Assembly (NCBI GenBank): GCA_012518675.1
Contig: JAAYRR010000133.1
Span: forward strand, 7,015 to 71,014
Origin: Bacillota bacterium
Lineage (GTDB): Bacteria; Bacillota; Dethiobacteria; DTU022; UBA8154
Reading direction: 5' to 3'
Length of the DNA stretch: 64,000 bases
In this document: positions 1 through 9,590 of the stretch, piece by piece
Numbering within the stretch: the first letter of the stretch is position 1
Layout of the letters: each line of letters starts with the position of its first letter
Made by a program: the position numbers and the translations under genes
The notes under the pieces: generated by a model
What the model saw: the letters and a program-made list of their open reading frames with translations, nothing else
What the model was told of the DNA's origin: nothing
Database searches by the model: none

Positions 1-391
1 CAACGACAAACAGGACCAGCAATTTTTTGCGCAATTGTTTCCCCTCTCTTTTTTATGTATTTAAGGTATATTTCTGTCTATTTTTATACCTCTATTCATA
101 TAAACGTTTCAGTACAGGATAAGTTCCATTGCCAGCGCTGTAAATCCTGGGGGAAACTCCAAAAAAAACCGCCTCCTTCGGCCCGCCGGTTTTGGATACA
201 TAGAAAAAATACCCCCTTTACGGGGGCCCCCTCTAATAGTTGCCAGCCAGTTTGTTACCGGTAAAGGTTGCTAAACAGGCCCAACTTTTACCGGCAACAA
301 CAGGATATGCTCAGCCGCCAGCAATCCGGCGCCAAGCATGCAGCAAATCCAAAGTTTTTTATTTTACGGCAGCCATTCCTGGGTGTTCTTT

Positions 392-1690
392 CTAACTTAA
401 ATACCCCTTCGCCAACGCCTTTAAAAATTCTGCCCGGAAATGAAGGCTGGCAATATCTATTCTTTCATTTCTGCCATGAATCGTAGCCCCCAGTTCAGGA
501 TCGGCCTCCGGGGCCATATGCCCGATGCCATAGGCGGGTATGCCTGCTTCCCGTAAATACCGGGAGTCTGTAGCCCCGGTTGAAATATGCGGCAGGCAGG
601 GCACTCCTTCACCTGCCAGCTTCTGCGTCGTCGACACCAGCAGCCGGTAAGGATCGGTCTTTGCGGAAGAAAAGGTGGGGGCAACGAAGTTCCCAATTTC
701 CATGGTAATTCCCTCACCGATGCAGGAGTTTATGGCATCCAACACATAGTTTTGATCCTGACCCGGCAGGATACGGATATCCACGTTGGCCGTGCAGGCA
801 TCCGGAACAATGTTGGTTTTACTGCCCCCCGCAACCGTGTTGGGGGAAACAGTCATACGCGTCATCGCCCGCAGGCTTTCTGCAAAGCTGCGTTCCCTAA
901 ATTTGTCCAGCAACTGATCCACGTTGGCTTCACTTAACGGTTCTACCAGCCCCTTAACACGCAACAGCTCCTCCAACAGAAAACGGACTTCTGGAATAAA
1001 CTTTATTTCCGGCCGGTAGTCGCCAAGGGCAACCAGCGCCCGGGCCATTTTCAGCACGGCATTATCCCCCAGGGCGGGCACAGAACCATGACAGGAATGC
1101 CCTGTAGCCTGCAGTTTGCTCCAGGCGGTCCCTTTTTCACCCACCTGTATAAAATAGATCTGCCGGCCGTTAACCCGGCGCGGCCCTTCTCCTCCTTCAT
1201 TAACAGCAAAATCAGCCCTTATTTTTTCCGGGCAATTTTTAAGCAGATACTGTACACCGTGCAAACCGCCCTTTTCTTCATCAGCAGTTGCAGCAAAAAT
1301 CAGGGTTCCATTCAAAGCAGCAGCATCCCGGGCCAGTTTTAAAAAAGCATAAGCCTGGGGCGCCAATAAACCCTTACAGTCTAAAGCACCCCGCCCAAAG
1401 ACCATGCCTGCAGCTATTTCCCCTCCGAAAGGGTCAAAGTCCCAGTCATCCCCCGCCGGCACCACATCTGCATGACTAAGAAACAGCAGCTTTTTTGTAC
1501 CGGAACCGATCCGGGCTATAAAATTAGCCCGGCCTTTTTCACCTTCAATTATTTCACTGGAAACCCCCGCTGTTGTAAAAATTTCTTGCAGGTAACGGGC
1601 CACCTTAAATTCATTGCCCGGGGGGTTAACCGTGTTTAAACGGATCAGCTTAGACAACATCTGTTCCGGGGACGGGATCATCGGCATCAC
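392..1690 (-). CDS. M20 family metallopeptidase (ArgE/DapE/carboxypeptidase G2-like), 432 aa
   Basis: Full-length ORF. The HADVVPAGDDWDFDPFGG metal-binding motif and a dimerisation-domain region are typical of peptidase M20. Confidence 0.8.
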   Translation of the reverse strand: MMPMIPSPEQMLSKLIRLNTVNPPGNEFKVARYLQEIFTTAGVSSEIIEGEKGRANFIARIGSGTKKLLFLSHADVVPAGDDWDFDPFGGEIAAGMVFGRGALDCKGLLAPQAYAFLKLARDAAALNGTLIFAATADEEKGGLHGVQYLLKNCPEKIRADFAVNEGGEGPRRVNGRQIYFIQVGEKGTAWSKLQATGHSCHGSVPALGDNAVLKMARALVALGDYRPEIKFIPEVRFLLEELLRVKGLVEPLSEANVDQLLDKFRERSFAESLRAMTRMTVSPNTVAGGSKTNIVPDACTANVDIRILPGQDQNYVLDAINSCIGEGITMEIGNFVAPTFSSAKTDPYRLLVSTTQKLAGEGVPCLPHISTGATDSRYLREAGIPAYGIGHMAPEADPELGATIHGRNERIDIASLHFRAEFLKALAKGYLS

Positions 1691-1980
1691 TCCGCATCAG
1701 AAATATACATACTCTTTAAATTATATGGCCGCCGGCCGTATAAAGAACCTGAAAATTTAGTAAGCAAAACCACAACCCGGCCCCCCGCAGCAATTCTTGC
1801 CGGGCGCGTCGGGGTTGAAAAGGTGCATGGTTACAGCGGCGATTTTAACACAGCCAGTACGTCAGCAAAGACAAGAAACAGGTTTGTTCAGGAACTGAGC
1901 CCCTTAAAAAAACAACCGGGGCCGTTCACCCCCCAACAGGCACTAAAATTAAACTTTCTGCCTTTTTTCTTAAAAAACGC

Positions 1981-2742
1981 TTAGGCCAACAGTGATAACA
2001 CCTTGTTCATAATCTCACCGGCCTCCCCTTTAATCGCCACATCAGCAATTCTATCCAAAGGTGTGGGTTCCCTGTTAACAATAGCCAACTTAGCCCCTGC
2101 ATTTTTAGCTACTTCCGGCAGGCGGGCGGCAGGATAAACAGCTAAGGAAGAACCAATGCAAAGCAAAAGCTTGCATTGTGTACATTGATGCTGGGCCTCG
2201 TTAAGCACATCTGCCGGCAGGGATTGTCCAAAAGAAACGGTGGCTGGTTTTAACAGGCCCCCACACAGGCGGCAGTTTTCTATTTCTTTTTCTTCCTCCA
2301 AAAGCTGAAAAAAATCCTCCCAGGGGGAAATATCCCCACAGGAAAGACAGCCTACTTTCCACATCGTCCCGTGTATTTCCAGCACCTTCTCCGGGCTGCT
2401 GCCTGCTGCCTGGTGCAGCTCATCAATATTTTGGGTAACAACTGCATTTACCTTACCCTTTTTTTCCATTTCGGCAATTGCCAGGTGGGCCCTATTGGGT
2501 TTTGCAGCCCTGGAAACTTTCCAGTTTTCATGGTAAAACCGCCAAAAATTGCGGCGGGTTTCAGCACTGGCAGTAAACTTCTGCAGGGTAAACTCCGCCG
2601 GGTTAAAACGATCCCAAATACCCCCCGGACTGCGGAAATCAGACAAGCCGGATTCTGTACTGATCCCTGCACCTGTAAAAACAACCATACCCCCATCGTC
2701 TATCCAACCGGCCAGCTTTTTTAATGCACCTTCATTTTCCAT
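1981..2742 (-). CDS. cobB: NAD-dependent protein deacylase, Sir2 family (sirtuin)
   Basis: GAGISTESGLSDFRSPGGIWDRF Rossmann/NAD motif. Two Cys pairs (CLSCG...CRLCGG) form the zinc ribbon, and QNIDELH is present. At 253 aa it is a typical bacterial sirtuin. Confidence 0.85.
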   Translation of the reverse strand: MENEGALKKLAGWIDDGGMVVFTGAGISTESGLSDFRSPGGIWDRFNPAEFTLQKFTASAETRRNFWRFYHENWKVSRAAKPNRAHLAIAEMEKKGKVNAVVTQNIDELHQAAGSSPEKVLEIHGTMWKVGCLSCGDISPWEDFFQLLEEEKEIENCRLCGGLLKPATVSFGQSLPADVLNEAQHQCTQCKLLLCIGSSLAVYPAARLPEVAKNAGAKLAIVNREPTPLDRIADVAIKGEAGEIMNKVLSLLA

Positions 2743-2797
2743 GCCTGCCGCTCAGTCCTCCTTTTTTCATATTTACTGCATGTTTACTAGTTTATAA

Positions 2798-3241
2798 TCA
2801 ATGCAAATCTTCTTTTTTCTGATCGTCAGCGATAATGTCCTGATAATCATAGGTAAATTCCACCAGCCTGGGAGCCATATAGATGGCGGCCTCCCACCGC
2901 AAAGCCAGGGCAATAGCATCACTGGGCCTGGAATCCAAAATTAGCTCTTCCCCTTGATATTCTAGATAAAGTTCAGCATAAAAAGTACTTTCGATAATAT
3001 TTGTAATCACTATTTTTTTCAGGGTGCCCCCTAATTTTTCGCAAATAGATTTTAGCAAGTCATGCGTTAACGGACGCGGCGAGGCGCCGCCTTGTAACAC
3101 CAAGGCAATAGACTGGGCTTCAAAGGGCCCAATAGCTATCGGCAAAACCTTTGTTTCTGCCTGATCTACCAATAAAACTAAAAAGCCGCCACCCTGATCC
3201 AGGGTTACCGCTTTTACCTTCATTTCCAGCAGTTTAACCAT
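2798..3241 (-). CDS. Bifunctional nuclease (BFN/DUF151) domain protein
   Basis: 147 aa. The N-terminal MKVKAVTLDQGGGFLVLLVDQAETKVLPIAIGPFEAQSIA pattern matches BFN-domain proteins. Confidence 0.65.
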   Translation of the reverse strand: MVKLLEMKVKAVTLDQGGGFLVLLVDQAETKVLPIAIGPFEAQSIALVLQGGASPRPLTHDLLKSICEKLGGTLKKIVITNIIESTFYAELYLEYQGEELILDSRPSDAIALALRWEAAIYMAPRLVEFTYDYQDIIADDQKKEDLH

Positions 3242-3443
3242 CCCCTTTCAGGCTTTCCAAGCAAAATACGTCCCTCTGCCTGCAAACCTGTTCCAGTCAG
3301 CAAGAAAAAATTAGCCACCTTAGTTGTTTTTATTAACTGAAAAACATTGTACCAATTAGTTAAAAAGTGGTATACTGAATTAATTATACCAAACAAAAAT
3401 ACCCTTGTCAGAAATTTCTCAGGCCCCGTTCACATTCCGAAAA

Positions 3444-4712
3444 TTAGAAGGCAGGTTGAACCAGCCGTCGGAAAAGCCGCAGATAATGCAAAATGTTCCC
3501 GGTAACAAGGAATTCTTTTTTCACCTTTTCCCGGCCGGCATCCTTCATCTCTGCTGCCAAGAGGGGATTTCTCAACAGTGTAAGTGTTTTTTCTGCACAT
3601 TCCTCCACTGTTTCGACCAAGTAACCCGTTACCCCGTCTTCAATTTGCAGCTTGATACCACCGACGTTCCCGCCGATTACAGGGGTGCCTTTCCATAAAC
3701 CTTCGGCAACAGTCAAGCCAAATCCTTCCCGCAAAGACTTTTGCAAAATTATATCAGATACCGTCTGAAAGGCGTTAACCTCCAGATCAGAAATGCCGTT
3801 AAAGTTGGTAATCACTTTGATGTCATAATCCTCCCCGGCCCGGCGCAGGGTATTGTATAAATAGTCCCATCCTTCCGGATCATCGGTAGCCATAGAGCCC
3901 ACCAGCGCCAGCTGCACACTGGGAAATTCTTTTTTTACAATTTTATAAACATCAATTACCCCCAAGGGGTCTTTCCAGGGATCAAACCTGGAAACCTGGC
4001 AGATCAAAGGGCGTAGGGGATCAATACCAAACCTGCTGATGATTGCTTCCGCTTTTTCCTTGTCAAGCGCTATATTTTTAAGACTAAGCGGATCAATAGA
4101 AGGCGTAATAATGTCGGCCTTTTCAAAGTAATCCCCAAGAATATAATCCTTCATAGTAAAAATAACTGCATTATAGAGTTTGGTATACTGGTAAAGAAAG
4201 TCCCAGCAGTCTTTATTGGCTGTAGAGGTGTCAATATGGCAGCGCCAAAGCCAATTTTCGTGTTCCCTTTTTTCCCGGTAGGCAATCAAGGCTGCGGGCT
4301 GGGGATCGTGGATCACAAAAATATCATAAGGCCAGCCCTGCATGTGGGCAGCATTCGTTTGGTTATATCTGCGGTAAATTTCTTTTTGTTCCGGGGTTAA
4401 TTTACCTTCCTGGCCCTGCATCCTATTATGAAATGTTTTTGTAACCCCATAAAATTCATCATGCCCCAAAATCACCCACCAGTCTACCTGCAAACCCAAG
4501 TCCTGCATCAGCGGCACTAAGGAATGCATTTTCTCGGCCACGCCCCCGCCATAAGCTGTAGCACTAATCATAGCAATTTTTTTATTTTTTAACTTTTGTA
4601 CTAGAAAAGCCAGTTCATCCATGGTTTCTGTATCTATAAACTGCAGATAATCACTAAAGTTTTTCTTTTTTACTTCTACCAGCTGCAATTTTTCAGCCCC
4701 CTCTGCCTTCAA
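3444..4712 (-). CDS. treT: Trehalose glycosyltransferring synthase TreT (GT4 family)
   Basis: Collinear similarity to Pyrococcus/Thermococcus TreT as I recall it. Shared stretches include SATAYGGGVAE..HSLVPL, EFYGVTKTFHN..QG, HDPQPAALI, WRCHID, QVSRFDPWK, DDPEGW and EGFGLTV.E..WKG.PVIGG.VGGI. The start is a TTG with no clear RBS, so the 5' boundary is uncertain. Confidence 0.75.
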   Translation of the reverse strand: MKAEGAEKLQLVEVKKKNFSDYLQFIDTETMDELAFLVQKLKNKKIAMISATAYGGGVAEKMHSLVPLMQDLGLQVDWWVILGHDEFYGVTKTFHNRMQGQEGKLTPEQKEIYRRYNQTNAAHMQGWPYDIFVIHDPQPAALIAYREKREHENWLWRCHIDTSTANKDCWDFLYQYTKLYNAVIFTMKDYILGDYFEKADIITPSIDPLSLKNIALDKEKAEAIISRFGIDPLRPLICQVSRFDPWKDPLGVIDVYKIVKKEFPSVQLALVGSMATDDPEGWDYLYNTLRRAGEDYDIKVITNFNGISDLEVNAFQTVSDIILQKSLREGFGLTVAEGLWKGTPVIGGNVGGIKLQIEDGVTGYLVETVEECAEKTLTLLRNPLLAAEMKDAGREKVKKEFLVTGNILHYLRLFRRLVQPAF

Positions 4713-4974
4713 AAATAATTACTTCAAGCAAAAAATAAAACAAGACGGCTGCCGAAACGCCTTCCATCTGCCTGCCGGCGCCTACGCCTCCCTGAACGCG
4801 CATTACCCTGACCATCCTGCTGCTGCCCGTAGGCCACTCTTCCATAATTTACCCCCCTTGCCGGTTCTTCATCCCTGTAAAATATGGAACCCGGCGCCCT
4901 AAAAAAGCAACATATAAATTTTGCAAGATGGTTATGCTAGTATAAAAATGACCGGGGCCGGGAGGTAGACCCCC

Positions 4975-5012
4975 CCAAAAACAGACTGGGAAGCAAATTA
5001 AAAGGTCTGTTT
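4975..5012 (+). terminator. Stem-loop (AACAGAC...GTCTGTT) plus T5 in the treZ leader; possible attenuator
   Basis: Perfect 7-bp stem followed by TTTTT, about 60 nt upstream of the treZ start and downstream of a TTGCAA/TATAAA-like promoter. Confidence 0.45.
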
Positions 5013-5069
5013 TTCTTACCGGTATATCAAAATATCAAATACGTCTGGCAGATTTTTGAGGTGAATATT

Positions 5070-6875
5070 ATGAAAAATATGGGTGCAACTGTTTTGGATT
5101 CGCAAAGCAGCAAAGTTGAATTTCGCGTTTTTGCTTATGAAAAAAAGGGTGTTGCCCTCCTTTTGAAAAACGGTAAAGCAAGGGAACAGGTTATACCCCT
5201 GCAAGAGGAAGCCCCGCATATCTACAGTGTGATAATCGAGGGCAAGGGTTTGGACTTATACTATAAATTTAGGATTACAGACGAAGGCGATTTTCCCGAT
5301 CCCTGGTCGCGGTTTCAGCCGGAGGGTGTCCATGGTTTTTCCCAGGTTATAAATCCTCAAAGTTATCGTTGGCAAGCTGAAAACTGGAAAGGCAAGGATC
5401 TTGACGCACTGATTATTTATGAAATACACCCCGGCACTTTTACCCCGCAGGGCACCTTCAGGGCGATTTTAGAAAAAATTGGCTACCTGCAGGAATTGGG
5501 TATTACTGCCCTGGAACTCATGCCGGTGGCCCAAACACCGGGCAAATGGAACTGGGGATATGACGGCGCCAACTTATTCAGTGTTAATAAAAATTATGGC
5601 ACCCCCGACGATCTAAAAGAACTTATTGATACCTGTCACCAAAAAGAAATTGCCGTTATCCTTGATGTGGTCTACAACCATTTCGGCCCGGAGGGGAACT
5701 ATCTTTCTGTTTATGGCCCTTACTTTACTGCGAAGCACCAGACCGCCTGGGGTGCAGCTGTAAATTATGATGACCATTGTAGTAAATTTACACGGACAAT
5801 GGTTGTAGAAAATGCCCGCTACTGGCTGGAAGAATTTCGCTTTGATGGTTTGCGATTGGATGCTATACATGCCATCCGGGACGAAAGCAAAATCCATATT
5901 TTAAAAGAAATAGTAGCCACCGCCAAGGCAATTGCCAACAAACATCAGCGCAAAATAGCACTTATTGCTGAAACAGATGAAAATAATGTCGAAATTATTA
6001 ACCCCCCGGAAAAAGGGGGTTTTGGCCTCGACGCCCAATGGATGGACGACTTCCACCATGTTATCCACACTGCCTTGACTGCTGAAAAACAAGGTTATTA
6101 TCAAGACTATAATGGACTGGAAGACCTGGAAAAGGTTTATCAAAATTATCTTTATACCGGTGAATACTCGCACTTCTGGAAAAAAAACCGGGGCACTGAT
6201 GCCTTTCATAACCCGGGGAATCAGTTTATCGTATCCATCCAAAACCATGACCAGGTTGGCAACCGCGCCGGCGGTGAAAGACTTTCAGCGCTGGTGGATT
6301 TTTCTTTTTTAAAAGCAGCCTCTGGATTAATGTTTTTTTCACCTTATATACCCTTACTTTTCATGGGGGAAGAATATGCTGAAAAAAATCCTTTTCTCTT
6401 TTTCACCAATTATGAGGATCCCCGGCTGAAGGAAGCTGTTTCAAGCGGCCGGAGGGACGAATTTATGGATTTTGACTGGGGTGCATTTCCAGATCCGGAA
6501 GACGATCGTACTTTTTATAGGTCGAGATTAACACCCCGCAGCAATTGGCGGGAAGAAAATGAAGCCATCTTTAATTTTTATAAGGATCTGATCCATTTAA
6601 GAAAGACTCACCCGGCCCTTTGCCACCTGGAAAAAAAACAGACCAAAGTACAGGTGGACCAAAAAAAGAAAATAGTTACACTCATCAGGTGGCACCAAGG
6701 ATATCAATTAACTGCAGTTTTTAACCTTGGCAACAACAAAGTGGAGCTCACTCCCCCCCGGGGGGTACAGATCCTTAATTCTGAATGGAAAAAATACGGG
6801 GGACAGGTGGAAGGTGAAACCAAAACCCTATACAAGGGCAACTTGCTTGTTATAGAGGAAAAACCGCCGGCTTAG
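5070..6875 (+). CDS. treZ: Malto-oligosyltrehalose trehalohydrolase (TreZ, GH13 with N-terminal E-set/CBM48 domain)
   Basis: GH13 regions DVVYNHFGPEGNY, FDGLRLDAIHAI (TreZ-type DAxHAI), IAETDEN and IQNHDQVGNR. ATG at 5070 with GAGGTG RBS; the tracked ORF begins at an upstream GTG. Confidence 0.75.
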   Translation: MKNMGATVLDSQSSKVEFRVFAYEKKGVALLLKNGKAREQVIPLQEEAPHIYSVIIEGKGLDLYYKFRITDEGDFPDPWSRFQPEGVHGFSQVINPQSYRWQAENWKGKDLDALIIYEIHPGTFTPQGTFRAILEKIGYLQELGITALELMPVAQTPGKWNWGYDGANLFSVNKNYGTPDDLKELIDTCHQKEIAVILDVVYNHFGPEGNYLSVYGPYFTAKHQTAWGAAVNYDDHCSKFTRTMVVENARYWLEEFRFDGLRLDAIHAIRDESKIHILKEIVATAKAIANKHQRKIALIAETDENNVEIINPPEKGGFGLDAQWMDDFHHVIHTALTAEKQGYYQDYNGLEDLEKVYQNYLYTGEYSHFWKKNRGTDAFHNPGNQFIVSIQNHDQVGNRAGGERLSALVDFSFLKAASGLMFFSPYIPLLFMGEEYAEKNPFLFFTNYEDPRLKEAVSSGRRDEFMDFDWGAFPDPEDDRTFYRSRLTPRSNWREENEAIFNFYKDLIHLRKTHPALCHLEKKQTKVQVDQKKKIVTLIRWHQGYQLTAVFNLGNNKVELTPPRGVQILNSEWKKYGGQVEGETKTLYKGNLLVIEEKPPA

Positions 6876-7272
6876 GTCCTGGTTTCGATAGTACATTTTT
6901 GCACAGTTCGTCCTTCTATTTTTACCCTTGCAGCCGGTAAAGTTTTCTGTTTCCTGCCTTCTTTTTTGCCGGCCCGGGTTCTTACCCCGGCAAAAGGGGA
7001 AAAAATCTTTTTTTTATAATGGATACTATACTTTTAAAATATTATTGCATGTTTCATTGTTGCAAATATTTTTAAGAAAATTTCAAAACCGAATGTTTAC
7101 TTGAAACATTAGGGAAAAATTTTGTAGGCACAGAACCCTTTCCGTTTAGCTCTGCATCGCATTCCAGAAGAAATTAACTATAATTGGCATCTATTTTGCA
7201 TTATTAAATTGTTAATTTTACCAGAAAAATGAGTACCCTGGAAATTATTGTTTTAAGAACAGGAGGAAAATA

Positions 7273-7668
7273 ATGAAACTGGAAAAAGTTGACCACATCT
7301 GTATCGCAGTAAAAAACCTGAAGGAAGCAGAAAGTTATTTTTCCCGTATTTTTGGCTTGGAACCCGATGATCGCTATGTGGATGAAAAGGAAAAAATTGA
7401 CGTGGTGCGCTATTATATCGGTGAGGTAGGCCTCGAACTTGTAGCTTCCACCGCCCCGGATGGGGAGGTAGCAAGGTTTATTGAAAAAAGAGGCGAAGGG
7501 ATCTTCATCCTGTCCCTCAAGGTACCCGATGTAGAAGAAGCTGTAGTTGAGTTGCGTAAAAAAGGTGTTCCCATTCTGGATGAAGAGCCGCGTAAATGGC
7601 GGCAAAGCAAATATACCTTCATCAGCCCTAAGGATATGTTTGGGGTGCTGTTGGAGATTATTGATTAA
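7273..7668 (+). CDS. VOC/glyoxalase-family protein, probable methylmalonyl-CoA epimerase
   Basis: 131 aa. N-terminal KVDHICIAVKNL.EA and GEGIFILSLKV fit the paired beta-alpha-beta-beta-beta VOC fold seen in methylmalonyl-CoA epimerases. AGGAGGAAAATAATG RBS. Confidence 0.65.
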   Translation: MKLEKVDHICIAVKNLKEAESYFSRIFGLEPDDRYVDEKEKIDVVRYYIGEVGLELVASTAPDGEVARFIEKRGEGIFILSLKVPDVEEAVVELRKKGVPILDEEPRKWRQSKYTFISPKDMFGVLLEIID

Positions 7669-7714
7669 CAGGGCTTGGCGTATTACATAAACCTAAAACA
7701 AAGTTTAAAGTTTG

Positions 7715-7747
7715 CACCGGTGTATTGCTGTCCATCCGGTGTTTTTC
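7715..7747 (+). terminator. Rho-independent terminator after the epimerase gene
   Basis: CACCGG...CCGGTG stem followed by TTTTT. Confidence 0.55.
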
Positions 7748-8000
7748 CGCCAACACCTGTTTCCCTTCCCGGTTATAAACCAAGGTTTGCAATGTAACTA
7801 CGTTCTGCAGATCTTAAAAAAATAACAGGACCGTCTGTGTTGAATACTGTCCCGCTAGCTAAATATAAGGGCTGCTTCCTGCTTCATAGGAGCGGCCTTT
7901 ATATTTTTAAACACTGGCCCGTTCCGGGTTCTCCACCGGGGTTTACATGTTCCCCCGGCTTTCAGTATAATAGAGTCAGGAAGGTGGGGTGTCAGAAAAA

Positions 8001-9110
8001 ATGCGCACAGGCACTACCAGACTGCCCCTGCATGGGGGAAAATGTCCGTCCTGGCTTTTTCAGAAAATGAAATATCTTGGCGGCTTGATTATAGAAGCCG
8101 TTATCCTGGAATTTGGAGCTAAAGAAGTCTTGCGGCGGATGGCAGATCCTTATTGGTTTCAGGCCCTGGGCTGCATCTTAGGTTTTGACTGGCATTCTTC
8201 TGGCCTGACCACCACAACTTGCGCAGCCCTTAAAGAGGGGATTAAAAACCGGGAGGAAGAACTGGGTCTTTTCATTGCTGGGGGAAAAGGTAAAACCTCG
8301 CTGCAAACACCCCGGGAAATTGAAATCGCCGGCGACAAATATGCCCTGGAACAGCATGTAGCGGCTCTGCAAAAAACCAGTCGGCTGGTGGCTAAAGTGG
8401 ATAATACGGCCTTGCAAGACGGTTTTAACCTCTATCATCACTGCATCTTTTTTACAGGGGACGGTGACTGGTCTGTGGTGCAGCAAGGCCTGAACACAAG
8501 TTCGCGCTGGGCCAGGCGTTATCACTGGCTGGGGGAAGGGTTGAAAGATTTTGTTTCGGAACCCCACCACGCCATCTGCTGCGATTATCGCCAAGAAAAT
8601 ATTTTAAACCTGGTAGCCAAGGAAAGCAAAAAAAACAGGCAATCGAGCGTACTCCTGAGCAAGGAAAACCCGGAAAAGTTTTTACAGGAGTGGTCAAAAA
8701 TTAAAGAACATGAAACTTCACTGGATCTGCCCCGGCATCATCCCCTGCCCCGGGGAAAAAGAATAGCGGCTTCCCTGTATAAGGCTTTTCAGGAACAGCC
8801 GGCAGACTTTCAGGAACTTTTATCCATTTCTGGGGTGGGGCCACAAACTGTCAGGGCTTTGAGCCTGCTGGCAGAGCTAACCTATGGAACACCGCCCAGC
8901 CGCAAAGATCCGGCTCGCTACAGCTTTGCCCATGGCGGCAAAGACGGCCACCCCTACCCTGTAAACAAAAAAACCTACAATCAATCCCTGCAGGTTTTAC
9001 AAGAGGTTGTTTCCAAGGCCAAAATTGGCGAATATGACAAAATGAAAGCCTTTAAACGCCTGTCCGTCTTTAAAAATGAAAATGAAGGATTAAACGTGAA
9101 CGGTGATTGA
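8001..9110 (+). CDS. DUF763-family protein (function unknown), contains an HhH-like ISGVGPQTVRAL segment
   Basis: N-terminal MRTGTTRLPLHGGKCP matches my recollection of DUF763 N-termini. ATG at 8001 with AAGGTGGGG RBS. Confidence 0.55.
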   Translation: MRTGTTRLPLHGGKCPSWLFQKMKYLGGLIIEAVILEFGAKEVLRRMADPYWFQALGCILGFDWHSSGLTTTTCAALKEGIKNREEELGLFIAGGKGKTSLQTPREIEIAGDKYALEQHVAALQKTSRLVAKVDNTALQDGFNLYHHCIFFTGDGDWSVVQQGLNTSSRWARRYHWLGEGLKDFVSEPHHAICCDYRQENILNLVAKESKKNRQSSVLLSKENPEKFLQEWSKIKEHETSLDLPRHHPLPRGKRIAASLYKAFQEQPADFQELLSISGVGPQTVRALSLLAELTYGTPPSRKDPARYSFAHGGKDGHPYPVNKKTYNQSLQVLQEVVSKAKIGEYDKMKAFKRLSVFKNENEGLNVNGD

Positions 9111-9116
9111 TGTTTA

Positions 9117-9590
9117 ATGAAAATTGGAGCCCGCACACTTAAAACAGGTTTGGCGATTACCCTGACCATTTTCTTAGTAGTTGGGGATATTTCACATGCA
9201 AATATAAATTTGTTTAAAAGATACCGGCGTGCAATTAATGCTGTACAGTCAAACCTTGACAGGTTAATGGCCCTACCCAGGGGTATTGTTTTTATGCATG
9301 GCGGTTCAAAGTACTCTAAATTGCGGCAAGAGTTATATGAATATCTTCAATATTTATTAGCCCTGCATAAAAAAATTTATGACTGTATAGTTTTTAATAA
9401 AGGTTATCAAAAAGTTGAAAAAGACATAAATGCGGAAGAAATAAGAAAAAAAATAGTGAGATTCATTAAAACAGACAGCAACGACAATGTTTTTGAATTT
9501 TATAATATATATTTTGAAGCAACACGAATAAATGAAAAACTGGAACAGTTAAAAAATGAATTCGCATTGGATTTTTGTGGTACAGATTAA
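9117..9590 (+). CDS. Hypothetical 157-aa protein with one N-terminal TM helix and a Lys/Glu-rich helical tail
   Basis: AT-rich ORF with GGTGA RBS. Its stop overlaps the MATE ATG as TAATG, which points to translational coupling. The N-terminus MKIGARTLKTGLAITLTIFLVV resembles the first helix of FUSC/aromatic-acid-exporter (UPF0421) proteins, but the remainder is unrelated and shorter. Confidence 0.45.
   Translation: MKIGARTLKTGLAITLTIFLVVGDISHANINLFKRYRRAINAVQSNLDRLMALPRGIVFMHGGSKYSKLRQELYEYLQYLLALHKKIYDCIVFNKGYQKVEKDINAEEIRKKIVRFIKTDSNDNVFEFYNIYFEATRINEKLEQLKNEFALDFCGTD

Noticed and set aside
55-486. Two small + strand ORFs at the window start
   Set aside because: They overlap the 3' end of the M20 peptidase gene antisense, or lie in its downstream terminator region. 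No RBS.
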